Source of the DNA: a virus
Taxonomy: Duplodnaviria > Caudoviricetes
IMG/VR virus record: IMGVR_UViG_3300023116_000057
Location: 1 to 56,841 of that record
DNA: 56,841 nt
Reading direction: 5' to 3' (one strand)
The notes under the pieces are model-generated. The model was not told where the DNA came from, searched no databases, and saw only the letters and a list, made by a program, of their open reading frames with translations. Positions 39,208-49,113 of this stretch are shown here, one piece after another; within the stretch, counting starts at the first letter, position 1; every line of letters begins with the position of its first letter. The position numbers and the translations under genes were made by a program.

Positions 39208-40331
39208 AAACAATGAAAAAAAATAACTTCGACTTAGACAAATATTTAGTTACTTTGGTCAAAATTGAGCCTTTTTTCGCTTACTTCAGTCAGTGCATAA
39301 GCAAAGTTGTTGATTATAGTATCCCGACGATTGGAGTTTCAATCAACGATAGAGGTTATTATCAAATTCATTATAATCCAGATTATATGTCAAAATGGCC
39401 TCCAAAAATTGTTGTCGGCATACTAAAGCACGAATTCTACCATATAATATTGGAGCATATTGACAAACGATTGATGGGCGAGAGCATTACAAAAGATTGG
39501 AATGTTGCGACAGATTTGAGTATAAATTCTTACTTGGTGGGAGAACTCCCACCCCAAGCACTCTTCCCAGGAGAGGGGGAATTTAAAGACTTAGAACCAT
39601 TTAGAATGGCTGAATACTATTATCATAAGTTGCCGAAAAACAACAATCAAGAACCTTTTGATTCGCATGGCATGTGGGGCGACGATAATAAATTTAAGGG
39701 AATTGCTGCCGAAAGAGCGAAGCAAGCTTTGGAAGAAGCGGTAAAAGAAAGCGTTTCTACGAACGGCTGGGGTTCTATCCCAAAGCAAATTCAAAGGCAG
39801 ATTGAAGATTCAATAACAAAAAAATTAGACTGGAAGAGTGTTGTAAAGTTTTTTTGCCAAAAAAGCATTAGAGGTGATAGAGTTTCAACCAGAAGGCGAA
39901 GAAACAGGCGTTATGGGTTAGTTCATCCAGGAAGTCGAAGAAACAGATATGGAAGAATTGCTATTGCGAGGGACGAATCAGCCTCAGTTTCGGACTCTTT
40001 TTGGGCAGAATTGACTGCCGAAATGAGAGGTCTTGCTGAAATAATAGAGTTTACAGTGATACCTTTTGATACAGTCGTGCAAGAAGAAAATGTTTTTGTT
40101 TGGAATAAAAACCAAAACATAAAGTCAACAAGAAAACATTGTGGAGGAACTAACTTTAATGCGCCGACAGAGTATGTGAACGAAAGGAACTTCGATGGTC
40201 TGATTATTATGACAGACATGGAGGCTCCAGAACCAATAAAATGCAAAGTCCAAAGACTTTGGATAACGAATAGAAAAGGGTTAGATAGTCATAATTTCAA
40301 AAATAATGAAAAAATTATTTCAATTGACTGA
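39204..40331 (+). CDS. DUF2201-type metallopeptidase + VWA domain protein
   Basis: HEFYH zincin, WNVATDLSIN, MIDAS DESAS, GGTNF, IIMTD. Confidence 0.85.
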   Translation: MKTMKKNNFDLDKYLVTLVKIEPFFAYFSQCISKVVDYSIPTIGVSINDRGYYQIHYNPDYMSKWPPKIVVGILKHEFYHIILEHIDKRLMGESITKDWNVATDLSINSYLVGELPPQALFPGEGEFKDLEPFRMAEYYYHKLPKNNNQEPFDSHGMWGDDNKFKGIAAERAKQALEEAVKESVSTNGWGSIPKQIQRQIEDSITKKLDWKSVVKFFCQKSIRGDRVSTRRRRNRRYGLVHPGSRRNRYGRIAIARDESASVSDSFWAELTAEMRGLAEIIEFTVIPFDTVVQEENVFVWNKNQNIKSTRKHCGGTNFNAPTEYVNERNFDGLIIMTDMEAPEPIKCKVQRLWITNRKGLDSHNFKNNEKIISID

Positions 40332-40357
40332 TATTTACTTTAAAAAGGATTGAAAAA

Positions 40358-41515
40358 ATGAAAGATCTAGAAAGAATTGAAAGTTTACTCAGGAATCTTC
40401 TTTATGGTGAATTCCCAAAAATAACGAAGGTTAAAGTTTTAAAGGAAGACAATGATATTTTACAAGAAAAAGTAGCGACATACAAAGATACAGTTCAAAG
40501 GCAAGCAGAAAACATTAGTCAACTGTCTAATGAAATCAAACGCATACACGAATTTTACAAAGAAAAAGCGAAAAAGTCTCACGCGAATAGTCAAGAATGG
40601 ATTGATAAATACGGAAGTTTATTTCAAGAGTCATCTGAAATTTTGGAAAAAATGCAAAATTTAGAAAAAACTTGCAAAAGACAAGAAAAAATTATTGAAG
40701 ATTTTACTGTGGAATCCTTGCGTTTGATGGCTGAAGTTCAAAGTCTTGAAAACAAAAATGATTTGTTCTCCAAAGATATTTCGGAACAATCTACGACTAT
40801 AGATAATTTGAAAAGCGCACTAGAAGAGTGGAAACATTGTGCCACGCGCTCAAAGGAAGATTTGAACACTTTGCGAAAGACTTGCGAAGACTTGTTGGAG
40901 ATTGTTGGTAAGAAAGAGGAGAAAATTATTGCTCTAGAGAACACAGAACTCCAAGCAAAAAATGATTATGTGACGAAAGAGAAGAAATACAAAAAAGACA
41001 TTGAGAAGTTGAAGCATATTGTGCGCTCTCAAGGGGCCAGTGCTGCTGAATTGTCTAAGACGTTTGGGTGCTTGAAAGAACAAGTTGAGAGACTTTACGA
41101 AAAAAATAATTCTTTGAAAGAAAGTTTGTGTTTGAAAGAAAAAGAAGGGGAATATGTTGCTGAACATATCAGGAATTTAGGCAATCAAGTTTTTCTCTTG
41201 AAAAGTTTGATTTATTTGACTACCAGTGTTGAACTAGAAAATGTTGAAAAAATCACTATCAATGAAAAGTTTGAGTTGATGATGAACAGCCTTCCCCTTG
41301 AATTCACAAAGTCATTGTCCGGCATTGAAATGGAAACTAGGACTGAACAACTTGCTGCCTACCATGTGAACTATAAAGAAGGATTGTCGCCCCTTGATAA
41401 AAAAGAAAAAGACGAATTATATGGCGATACGTTGTCAAATCCGAAGAATTGGGTTCGTGCAATGATTTTGTTTATTACTTTGTTTTGGGTTTGCACGATG
41501 ATGTTGCCGAAATAA
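40358..41515 (+). CDS. long coiled-coil protein with C-terminal TM anchor
   Basis: 385 aa, heptad-rich, hydrophobic tail. Confidence 0.65.
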   Translation: MKDLERIESLLRNLLYGEFPKITKVKVLKEDNDILQEKVATYKDTVQRQAENISQLSNEIKRIHEFYKEKAKKSHANSQEWIDKYGSLFQESSEILEKMQNLEKTCKRQEKIIEDFTVESLRLMAEVQSLENKNDLFSKDISEQSTTIDNLKSALEEWKHCATRSKEDLNTLRKTCEDLLEIVGKKEEKIIALENTELQAKNDYVTKEKKYKKDIEKLKHIVRSQGASAAELSKTFGCLKEQVERLYEKNNSLKESLCLKEKEGEYVAEHIRNLGNQVFLLKSLIYLTTSVELENVEKITINEKFELMMNSLPLEFTKSLSGIEMETRTEQLAAYHVNYKEGLSPLDKKEKDELYGDTLSNPKNWVRAMILFITLFWVCTMMLPK

Positions 41516-41528
41516 CAGAGGTCACAAG

Positions 41529-42101
41529 ATGAAAGTTTATTGTGATATGGATGGAGTTCTTGTTGATTTGGAATCTTATTGGCTTGAACGATACAATTTA
41601 GATTTCGACGACAATTTGAAAATTGAAGATTTGACTGATTATGATTTTACAAAGTTTGTCAAAAGCCCAAATGTTTTCCTAAATTATTTGAAAGAATCTG
41701 GTTTTCATGGACCTGAGCGCAAACCTCTGGGAGACTCTATCGAGATTTTTACTAAAATTTACTCAGAGGTGGCGAATTTGTTTATTTTGACTTCGCCATA
41801 CAAAAATTCAGAAACATGCATTAGAGATAAAAAAGAATGGGTGAAGAAGTACTTGTCGTTTTTTCCTCCTGAAGATATGATATTTTGCCACCACAAACAT
41901 CTCTTGTCCAGACCTGGAGATGTGTTGTTAGATGACAAACCGACTTCTTTGAAGAGGTGGAGTTCCAATGGAGGAATTTCTGTTTGCTACAAAAGACCTT
42001 GGAATGACAATTCAGGGGCAAATTACGAAGTGAAAGGATGGCACGACTTTTATTGGCTCTTAGAAAGAATCAAAGAAGGTACAGCAGACATTCAATTGTG
42101 A
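41529..42101 (+). CDS. 5'(3')-deoxyribonucleotidase (HAD, NT5C-like)
   Basis: YCDMDGVLVD, ILTSP, K..W, LLDDKP, PWN. Confidence 0.88.
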   Translation: MKVYCDMDGVLVDLESYWLERYNLDFDDNLKIEDLTDYDFTKFVKSPNVFLNYLKESGFHGPERKPLGDSIEIFTKIYSEVANLFILTSPYKNSETCIRDKKEWVKKYLSFFPPEDMIFCHHKHLLSRPGDVLLDDKPTSLKRWSSNGGISVCYKRPWNDNSGANYEVKGWHDFYWLLERIKEGTADIQL

Positions 42102-42121
42102 AATAGGATTAAAACATCACA

Positions 42122-42769
42122 ATGTTTGACGTTTTTTTGGAAATATTGAAAGGTTTGAGTGGTATTTTTTTTGGCTTTGTCATCGCAACCTTGGTGGGTT
42201 GGTGGCAATTGAAGAAAGGCCATTTCTGGGGGAGAGTTACTTTCACACACGCATCGTTAACAAAAGATATGAATTTGTGTTTTGATACGATGCTTGACAA
42301 AAGAGCGATAGACGTTTGGATTGACAATTCTGTTCTTAGAAATAGAATCAGAGTGAAGGCAGAAAAATGCAGCAACAAAAAGCCTTTTGTTTGCTTGGAG
42401 AACGCAGAAGACAATCACAAAATATATACTGGTATACGCAATCAAATATCAGCACACTTTTCTAGGGGAATTGTGTACAAGGCATTCCAAAGAAATGTTG
42501 GTGAATGCATTTTCTACTTTTCTTTTTGCTCTCTCAATTCGCCTTCCGACAAGTCAAAGAAACTTCATGTTTTGATATATACTGCCGATTTTATGGAGAA
42601 ATTGATGGCATACAAAAATTTGATTTATAAAAAAAACCCTAGCAAAAAGGAATTAATCGACATCTTTGTCCATTTGTGTGAAAACAAAGCGGAGTCAAAT
42701 TATGTGAGAATTTACTTGCCGATAGACGACATAACAAACAACTATTGTACAATTAATATTGTTGATTGA
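42122..42769 (+). CDS. membrane-anchored hypothetical protein
   Basis: N-terminal TM helix, 215 aa. Confidence 0.6.
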   Translation: MFDVFLEILKGLSGIFFGFVIATLVGWWQLKKGHFWGRVTFTHASLTKDMNLCFDTMLDKRAIDVWIDNSVLRNRIRVKAEKCSNKKPFVCLENAEDNHKIYTGIRNQISAHFSRGIVYKAFQRNVGECIFYFSFCSLNSPSDKSKKLHVLIYTADFMEKLMAYKNLIYKKNPSKKELIDIFVHLCENKAESNYVRIYLPIDDITNNYCTINIVD

Positions 42770-43031
42770 AAGTATGAAAAAAAGAGAAAAATGGAAAATT
42801 TCTATAACAAAGCATGGACCCGCTCTTTTCGACGGCGAAGGTAACTGTCATGGTTCTCTAACAACCCTCTCTCAGTGCGAAAGAAATGGTAGTGTTAGAG
42901 AGTACCTGCAAGCATATTGCGAAAAAAAGAAAAAGACAACAGTCTATTTAGATTTGTCAGAAATAATTGAATTACTTGAGTTTGACGAAGATAATGTGAA
43001 GAAACTTTTCTTTTTTGAAAAAAGGATGTGA
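42759..43031 (+). CDS. hypothetical protein
   Basis: ORF continuing the operon. Confidence 0.55.
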   Translation: MLIESMKKREKWKISITKHGPALFDGEGNCHGSLTTLSQCERNGSVREYLQAYCEKKKKTTVYLDLSEIIELLEFDEDNVKKLFFFEKRM

Positions 43032-43300
43032 AAATGAAAAGAAAGAAAATAAATTATGACGACATCTTTGGGAAAAACAAAACACACGGAGTATACAAAA
43101 GCAAACCCTATAATAGCGTTAAGATTGTAAAGCAATACAATGGGCTGAAACCTGGAACGATTGTTCAAGTTCTATCAACCTCTCGTTACGATGCTTACAA
43201 TTTTGCAGAACACAGAAAATACGTTCAAGCTGTTGACCCTAGTGGAAAAAACATCAATATACCAACAACTCATTTTGATATTTTTGATTTAATTTCTTGA
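43028..43300 (+). CDS. hypothetical protein
   Basis: 90-aa ORF overlapping the upstream stop. Confidence 0.6.
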   Translation: MKMKRKKINYDDIFGKNKTHGVYKSKPYNSVKIVKQYNGLKPGTIVQVLSTSRYDAYNFAEHRKYVQAVDPSGKNINIPTTHFDIFDLIS

Positions 43301-43348
43301 CAACAGCAGCAAGTGCCACTACTGTAAAAAACAGGAGGAAAAAGCAGA

Positions 43349-43642
43349 ATGAAAACAAAAAATATCAACATTGTAATTTTTGTCATGAATATATTTGACG
43401 CATTGTTGACTATTTTTTGGGTACTGAGCGGTCAAGCGGTAGAATCCAACCCCTTTATGAACTTTTTTCTTCAAGTTTCTCCAACGTTGTTTTATGTTGT
43501 GAAAATGGGGATGGTCGGATTTGGGTTGATTTTTCTTGAAAAATATAACAACTTCTTTGTCGCAAAGAGTGGCACTTTTGCATGTTTTTTCTTTTATTCT
43601 TGGGTGATGTGGATTCATTTTAGTTATGCCGTGGGAGCATAA
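43349..43642 (+). CDS. DUF5658-like membrane protein
   Basis: NIFDALLT...AVESNPFM...KMG; promoter TTGACA-17-TACTGT at 43297; AGGAGG. Confidence 0.7.
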   Translation: MKTKNINIVIFVMNIFDALLTIFWVLSGQAVESNPFMNFFLQVSPTLFYVVKMGMVGFGLIFLEKYNNFFVAKSGTFACFFFYSWVMWIHFSYAVGA

Positions 43643-43643
43643 A

Positions 43644-43841
43644 ATGACTGACTTTTATGAAAAATTGGCAAAAGCCTTAGAAGATTATCATCTTTCAATC
43701 AACGAATTACGGAGAGAAGATGTTGAAGATGCAGTTGAGCAAGCAGAATTATATGGCAGAAGCGTTGCAGATGTAGCAGCAGGTTTGCATCTTTTTCATG
43801 TAGGACAAAGTTTGTTCAGCGAATATTTACAGGGAGAATAA
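43644..43841 (+). CDS. hypothetical protein
   Basis: ORF from ATG after GGAG. Confidence 0.55.
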   Translation: MTDFYEKLAKALEDYHLSINELRREDVEDAVEQAELYGRSVADVAAGLHLFHVGQSLFSEYLQGE

Positions 43842-43893
43842 TTCTCTAATTATAAACAATTTAGTTTGATGAAAAATAAGGAGTTAAAATGAA

Positions 43894-44547
43894 ATGCTTG
43901 AGAAACAAATAGAAAGGCTTAAGGCAGAGTTGAAAAAAGCCAGGAAAAACAACAATGAAAAGTTAGAGTCTGCCATCATGGGCAAACTAAGAAATTTAAA
44001 CCATCAATTATACTCCCAGCGAGAGCATTCTGGGAAAACAACCGATGAACTGAAATCAGAACTTGCTGAACTTCGAAAAAAATTAAAAAAAGCCCAAAAA
44101 GAAAATAATTCTCATTTAGAGATTGTTTTAATGGCTAAAATTCGAAGAATCAATGCTGCGATGAGGTCAGCAAAAGAACAAATTGAGGAGACAAAAGAAA
44201 TGGATTGGGATTGGAATTATAAATCTAATAGGTTCGAAAAAGAACCACCACTGGAACCAGATTGGGATTACGAATGGGAGGCGTTTTATGACGAAGCCAC
44301 TGACAGACTATTAGATTTTGAAGACTACGAAGACTATTTTAGCATGAGTTGGGGAGGACATGATTTGTACACTTATGTAGACCGCGACTCTGACCCAGAT
44401 GTTGTTGCCAAAAAACTCTGGCGCGACTATCAAGACAAAAAAGCGAAGGAACCTGGGGATGACCCTAGTGATTTTTATTCATACTCGGATTTTGATTTGA
44501 GTGAAAACAAAAAAACAAAAATTCGGTTGAAATTCATCAAAGGCTAA
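43894..44547 (+). CDS. hypothetical protein with duplicated helical N-terminal repeat (possible virion protein)
   Basis: LKKARKNNNEKLE..IMGKLR / LKKAQKENNSHLE..LMAKIR; acidic C-terminal half. Confidence 0.65.
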   Translation: MLEKQIERLKAELKKARKNNNEKLESAIMGKLRNLNHQLYSQREHSGKTTDELKSELAELRKKLKKAQKENNSHLEIVLMAKIRRINAAMRSAKEQIEETKEMDWDWNYKSNRFEKEPPLEPDWDYEWEAFYDEATDRLLDFEDYEDYFSMSWGGHDLYTYVDRDSDPDVVAKKLWRDYQDKKAKEPGDDPSDFYSYSDFDLSENKKTKIRLKFIKG

Positions 44548-44800
44548 CAATATCAATGATTTCGCTTATGAAAGACCTTACATTTTAACCTACAAATCTC
44601 AACCCACTATAATCTATAATATATCCTATTTTTCACAATATTTTTCCGAAACAACCGCACTTTTTGACAACAAGAGGTAGTTAAATGCTTGTTTTTGTTT
44701 GATTTTCGAGTTTTTTAATTTTTTTTATTTTATCTTCACATTGTAAGATTCAAAAATTTGCTGTAAAAAGTCTAACTTTCTACACATTTGGAGTGAAAAA

Positions 44801-45121
44801 ATGCGAGAAATAATCAAAGAGATAGAAAAGTTCATTGTAGCAATCGGAGTCAGCCGGAAAACAAATGCGAAAATAGAAGTATTTTTTGATGGTCCGAAAA
44901 GTAAATTGAAGAAAATTATAGAACTAATATCCCCCACAGAGTGCGTACAAGAATCACCAAACTATGACTCAGTGTACCCAAAAGATGGTTGCATCAAACA
45001 AGAATCCGTCAACATCTCAGGATACAACCGTGAAGACCCATTAGAATATATAGATTGGGAAATTAAGGTTGTTTTTGAAACTCCGCAAGAAGATAAAGCA
45101 GAAGACATAATATGGATATAA
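44801..45121 (+). CDS. hypothetical protein
   Basis: 106 aa, GGAG RBS. Confidence 0.6.
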   Translation: MREIIKEIEKFIVAIGVSRKTNAKIEVFFDGPKSKLKKIIELISPTECVQESPNYDSVYPKDGCIKQESVNISGYNREDPLEYIDWEIKVVFETPQEDKAEDIIWI

Positions 45122-45125
45122 AACT

Positions 45126-45344
45126 ATGAAATTATATTTTGACATCGGTGGTATGGCCTGGATGGAAACTTACTCTCACGCTGACTGGCAAGTATGGCAT
45201 GAAGGGAAATTCTTTCGACAACTCAATTATGAAGAACTAAAGAAAATAGGAATACTTCATCCCATGCAAGCACCTCAAAAAGTTGTTGAAGAAAAAATGC
45301 CAACGAAAACAAGCGTTTACGCTTTTTTTCAGAAAGAAACATAA
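45126..45344 (+). CDS. hypothetical protein
   Basis: 72-aa ORF. Confidence 0.55.
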   Translation: MKLYFDIGGMAWMETYSHADWQVWHEGKFFRQLNYEELKKIGILHPMQAPQKVVEEKMPTKTSVYAFFQKET

Positions 45345-45486
45345 AAAGGTGTTGACAGGCGAAGCGCAATGAGTATATTATAGCCATACACAATGTCCGA
45401 ACTTACGACGCTTGAGCAACGAGCAAAGAAGTCCGGCTGTCAAAGCATTCTTAACCTTATTGAGTCTGTATTGGAGAACAAAATCA

Positions 45487-45768
45487 ATGAGTAAGCACAT
45501 CCCAAGAGTTTTTATTTGCTGGGTCTCAAGTTCAAGTCACGACCATATCATGTCCCTGACCTACAACAACGGAATGGGGCTTGTCCGAGTCTATCAAAAA
45601 GACCGTTATGACAGTAGGCTCAACTTGGGCCGAACTGAGCCACTTCCTTACTTCGATGAACCGAGTGAGGCTTACATTTGGATGAAAAAAAATCCCGACG
45701 AACAGTGCCAGTGCAATACAAAAATTGCCCCTAGTCTGGGTTGGAAACGAAGCGAACTGGATCTCTAA
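45487..45768 (+). CDS. hypothetical protein
   Basis: start moved to ATG 45487 after GGAG; promoter TTGACA-16-TATATT at 45352. Confidence 0.6.
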   Translation: MSKHIPRVFICWVSSSSHDHIMSLTYNNGMGLVRVYQKDRYDSRLNLGRTEPLPYFDEPSEAYIWMKKNPDEQCQCNTKIAPSLGWKRSELDL

Positions 45769-45869
45769 GACAACAACTGCGACGGTCACGTTTTTGATTA
45801 TCGAAAGACAAACAACACAAGAAACATTCCCTACAGAGGATGTAACTGTTAATTTTATCGGAGGAAAAA

Positions 45870-46148
45870 ATGGAAGACGAAAAAAAAGAAAAAAACATCG
45901 AGCAAGAAATCCCATTCGAAGAGTTCATGCAAGTATTAACAATGCTTGTAATCAAAGACTCAGAAAATGTTTTAGAAGACGAAAACTGTTCTTGGTTTGG
46001 AAACTACAGCATACTGACGACATTTACGAGCCTTTGCAGGCTATACCTCCCCAAAATTGAAGATTTTTACAACAATTCAGAAGAAAATAAGGAAACAAAA
46101 GAAGAAATCAAAGATTATTTGTTTGACCATAGCAAATATGATGCATAA
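45870..46148 (+). CDS. acidic hypothetical protein
   Basis: GGAGG RBS, 92 aa. Confidence 0.65.
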   Translation: MEDEKKEKNIEQEIPFEEFMQVLTMLVIKDSENVLEDENCSWFGNYSILTTFTSLCRLYLPKIEDFYNNSEENKETKEEIKDYLFDHSKYDA

Positions 46149-46151
46149 GGA

Positions 46152-46661
46152 TTGAAAATGAGACAATATATGATTGACGACCACAACTTATTCCCTTACA
46201 CAATTGAAGTAGAACGAGATAACCAACGTGAACTCGGACCAGGAATTTTGAAAGCGAAATACAAAGAAGAAATATTGGAAGAGTTCAAAGTTATTACTGG
46301 TGGTAAAACTTTGAATTCGACAAATTATGGGGGAATTACACCACCTATAACTTGGATGCCTGTAGAACCCTTTGTAGAAAGGTCGCCGGACGGAAATCGA
46401 CCAACCATGCGAATGTCGCGGATTGTTCCAGTTTATCGTAGTTATGCAAATTTGTTTTACCCAAAAAGGACTTTCGCTCTACCACCAGAAAGAAATGACC
46501 CGTTTATGATTCACCTTGGAGAAGCAACTCTTGGAGCCTCGACAGGATGCATCGTGGTGACAGAAAAAAAAGAAAAGTTTTTTAGTTTATTTTACGAAAT
46601 GCAGATGCAATCCAAAGTTTTTGTCCCAATACATGTTCGAAATTATGAAGAAGAAGGATGA
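46152..46661 (+). CDS. L,D-transpeptidase-fold (Tlde1/DUF2778-like) protein, putative
   Basis: GGITPP..W and FMIHLG.....ASTGCIVV (His...S.GC catalytic motif). Confidence 0.55.
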   Translation: MKMRQYMIDDHNLFPYTIEVERDNQRELGPGILKAKYKEEILEEFKVITGGKTLNSTNYGGITPPITWMPVEPFVERSPDGNRPTMRMSRIVPVYRSYANLFYPKRTFALPPERNDPFMIHLGEATLGASTGCIVVTEKKEKFFSLFYEMQMQSKVFVPIHVRNYEEEG

Positions 46662-46667
46662 AGAAGG

Positions 46668-46883
46668 ATGAAAAAAGTTGTCCATGACCTTGAATACCAC
46701 GATTTTAACGAAATGGAAGATAAAATCTATAAAATGTATGACATTTGCAAAGAACTAGCAAATGTAGAAGTAATCCCTGGGTGCGATGAACATCTTGCGC
46801 GACTCAAAGAAGAATCAATTCAAGTCTTGAAGAAGATAGAAACTTGCCCTTCTTCTTATCGAGGTAAACTTCTAATTTGGTAA
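46668..46883 (+). CDS. hypothetical protein
   Basis: 71-aa ORF. Confidence 0.55.
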   Translation: MKKVVHDLEYHDFNEMEDKIYKMYDICKELANVEVIPGCDEHLARLKEESIQVLKKIETCPSSYRGKLLIW

Positions 46884-46902
46884 TTGTTCGTAGGAGGAAC
46901 AC

Positions 46903-47331
46903 ATGAATAATATAGAAAAAATCTCTGACAAGTTACTCGACAAAACGATTGATTGCCTTGTCGAAATCAGAAAAATCACTTCAGATGTTCCTATCTCAAG
47001 GCTAGAAGAAATTCTCTGTCTTGAGTGGAGGAAGCGGTATCCAAACACTATAGCACCATGTCTATACAGACGAGCGAAAGAAAAAGGTGGATTCCCACCA
47101 TGCTACAAAGGACCAACAGAAACCGTCAACATCTATGAGAACGATGAAAGTAGAACCTTACTCGAAGAAATCGAAGAATACCAGGTACACAAACGTGCAA
47201 TGGATCGATTTGCTGCCATGAGTGATGAAGAGAAGTTTCGAACCTTCGTCAAGGCAGGCATCTACACAGAAGAAGGCGAACTGACCGAGAGATACGGAGG
47301 CTCTGCTCCCAACCCTGAGAACGGTCAATAG
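46903..47331 (+). CDS. hypothetical protein
   Basis: AGGAGG RBS; C-terminal AGIYTEEGELTERY motif. Confidence 0.65.
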   Translation: MNNIEKISDKLLDKTIDCLVEIRKITSDVPISRLEEILCLEWRKRYPNTIAPCLYRRAKEKGGFPPCYKGPTETVNIYENDESRTLLEEIEEYQVHKRAMDRFAAMSDEEKFRTFVKAGIYTEEGELTERYGGSAPNPENGQ

Positions 47332-47595
47332 AGTCCACCGCAGGGGATGATTGATATGCTTGCTCCCCAGCCCTTACTCCCAACACCACACCAACTCGGC
47401 CTCGCCTTTCGCATGTTTCAAACTCAACCAAAGGCAGAGTTTGGGCTTTTACTATCATCGAAATGAATTGAACTTAGAAAAGGACACCAAATGCAGCAAA
47501 TGACAGAAAAAGAAATTCAAGAATTCATCGAGAAACACAAAGATAAGGCGAAAAGCTCCATATTTTCAAACACATAAAAAAAAGAAAAAAAATAC

Positions 47596-47672
47596 TTGAC
47601 ATTCTAAGCCAGATTCACTATCTTCAAAACATCGAGGTAATGATGCCTCCCACAACCTCCCAGGAGGAAAAA
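47596..47672 (+). promoter_or_regulatory. promoter-hairpin-RBS cassette 1
   Basis: TTGACA-17-TATCTT; GAGGT-aatgat-GCCTC; GGAGG. Confidence 0.8.
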
Positions 47673-48131
47673 ATGTCAAAATCTTTCTTCGAAGACGCTC
47701 AAACCATCAAATTTTTCCAACCCCACGTTGACGAGTACAACAAACAGATTGAATCTCTTGTAGAAAGACTAAATCACACGAAAACTCACGATTTGAGAAA
47801 CCATGTACAATGGTTCTTGGACAACCCATCCTCAGTCGAGTTTATCGTTGGTTGCCTCTACAAACAAAAAGGAGGTAGACGCAGAAACCAAATCCCAGCC
47901 AAGAAATTTCCAAAAAACCAAGATTGGAACCTCTCTCGCGTTGTATGGGAACGAGCGCAGTGGCACAACATTATTCCAGGTGGAAGTGCTTCTCTGTGGG
48001 GTCCAATGATGTCAATTGGTCGCATCCCAAAAGAAGACATGGACCGCATCGACACACTTTTCTGCGGTATCGCTGCAATGCATGGATTGTACACTGCAAC
48101 ACACCGATGGAAAGAAGCACTCGGAATGTAA
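47673..48131 (+). CDS. hypothetical protein
   Basis: start at ATG 47673 after GGAGG. Confidence 0.7.
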   Translation: MSKSFFEDAQTIKFFQPHVDEYNKQIESLVERLNHTKTHDLRNHVQWFLDNPSSVEFIVGCLYKQKGGRRRNQIPAKKFPKNQDWNLSRVVWERAQWHNIIPGGSASLWGPMMSIGRIPKEDMDRIDTLFCGIAAMHGLYTATHRWKEALGM

Positions 48132-48148
48132 AAAAATAAAAAAAACAC

Positions 48149-48225
48149 TTGACAACCCAAAACACATTCGTTATCTTCAAAACATCGAGGCAATGACGCC
48201 TCCCACAACCTCCGAGGAGGAAAAA
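48149..48225 (+). promoter_or_regulatory. promoter-hairpin-RBS cassette 2
   Basis: TTGACA-17-TATCTT; GAGGC-aatgac-GCCTC; GGAGG. Confidence 0.8.
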
Positions 48226-48552
48226 ATGGCTTATAAATGGGTAATAACAAAGGATGTCGTCGAGTGCGGAGAATGCGAGGGTGTCATGAACATGTACCCT
48301 CGCCTAAACGAAACCCTAGCAGACGTTGAAGTCTCTGCCAAGGGTGCAAGAATAATGTCAAAACTGTCGAATTCGCAATGGGAATATGTGCGATGGAAAG
48401 CATACTGCGGTGATGGTGAACTCATGTACGAGGGCAAGATGATTATGAGTCCTAGTGCAGACGGCTTCGAGCCATTAGATGACTTCTGTATGCCAAATGC
48501 AGGCGCAACAAGTCTAAAACTATGTGAAAAGGGAAAGTGGTCCTGGTTGTAA
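48226..48552 (+). CDS. conserved phage hypothetical protein
   Basis: start ATG 48226; GDGELMYEG...GFEPLDDF.MPNAG motif. Confidence 0.7.
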   Translation: MAYKWVITKDVVECGECEGVMNMYPRLNETLADVEVSAKGARIMSKLSNSQWEYVRWKAYCGDGELMYEGKMIMSPSADGFEPLDDFCMPNAGATSLKLCEKGKWSWL

Positions 48553-48657
48553 AAATTGAACGGTTCAATTTTAAGGGGCGTGGGCGCTATGCGACGTAGA
48601 ATAGACTACCTGTATTCAAGTGGCGTCAACAACAACTCGAAACAAGAGGTGAGAGCG

Positions 48658-48990
48658 ATGAAAAATTATGTTTCTTCAAAAGGACTCAAGTTCAACAAAA
48701 AACACATTGTGAACCCTTCAGATTATGACCCCAGTGGGACTTGGACAAAGGCATTTTTGCTTCACAATGAATTTGGAACAATTTGTGTTGTCTTTGCGAG
48801 TCATCTGCAAGATGCGCTGGAGATTGCGGTTGATGAGGAAAGGTTTGAATGTCAACGCATCGAAGAGTGCTCTAAGGAGGAGGAGGAATACTACACCCGG
48901 TTGGGGAATTACGGGGATCTCTATGACCTGACTTATGTCGGGTTTGATGTCGTGGATACTCCATTCACAGCAGCGTCGAAACCTTGCTAG
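48658..48990 (+). CDS. hypothetical protein
   Basis: start at ATG 48658 after GAGGTG; RLGNYG..YDL. Confidence 0.65.
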   Translation: MKNYVSSKGLKFNKKHIVNPSDYDPSGTWTKAFLLHNEFGTICVVFASHLQDALEIAVDEERFECQRIEECSKEEEEYYTRLGNYGDLYDLTYVGFDVVDTPFTAASKPC

Positions 48991-49113
48991 TCTCGCTTGA
49001 ACGGTTCAAGAAATTGAACCGTTCAATTTTTTGTGCTTCGGGTGGTCTTGTAGAATAGACTACCTGTATTGAGAGAGCGTAACGACAAACTTCAAAACAC
49101 GGAGAACAAGACA

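Noticed and set aside
47404-47443. Possible pseudoknot GCCTTT/AAAGGC with CAAACTC/GAGTTTG
   Set aside because: The third loop is 1 nt, too short for an H-type knot; single copy with no other support.
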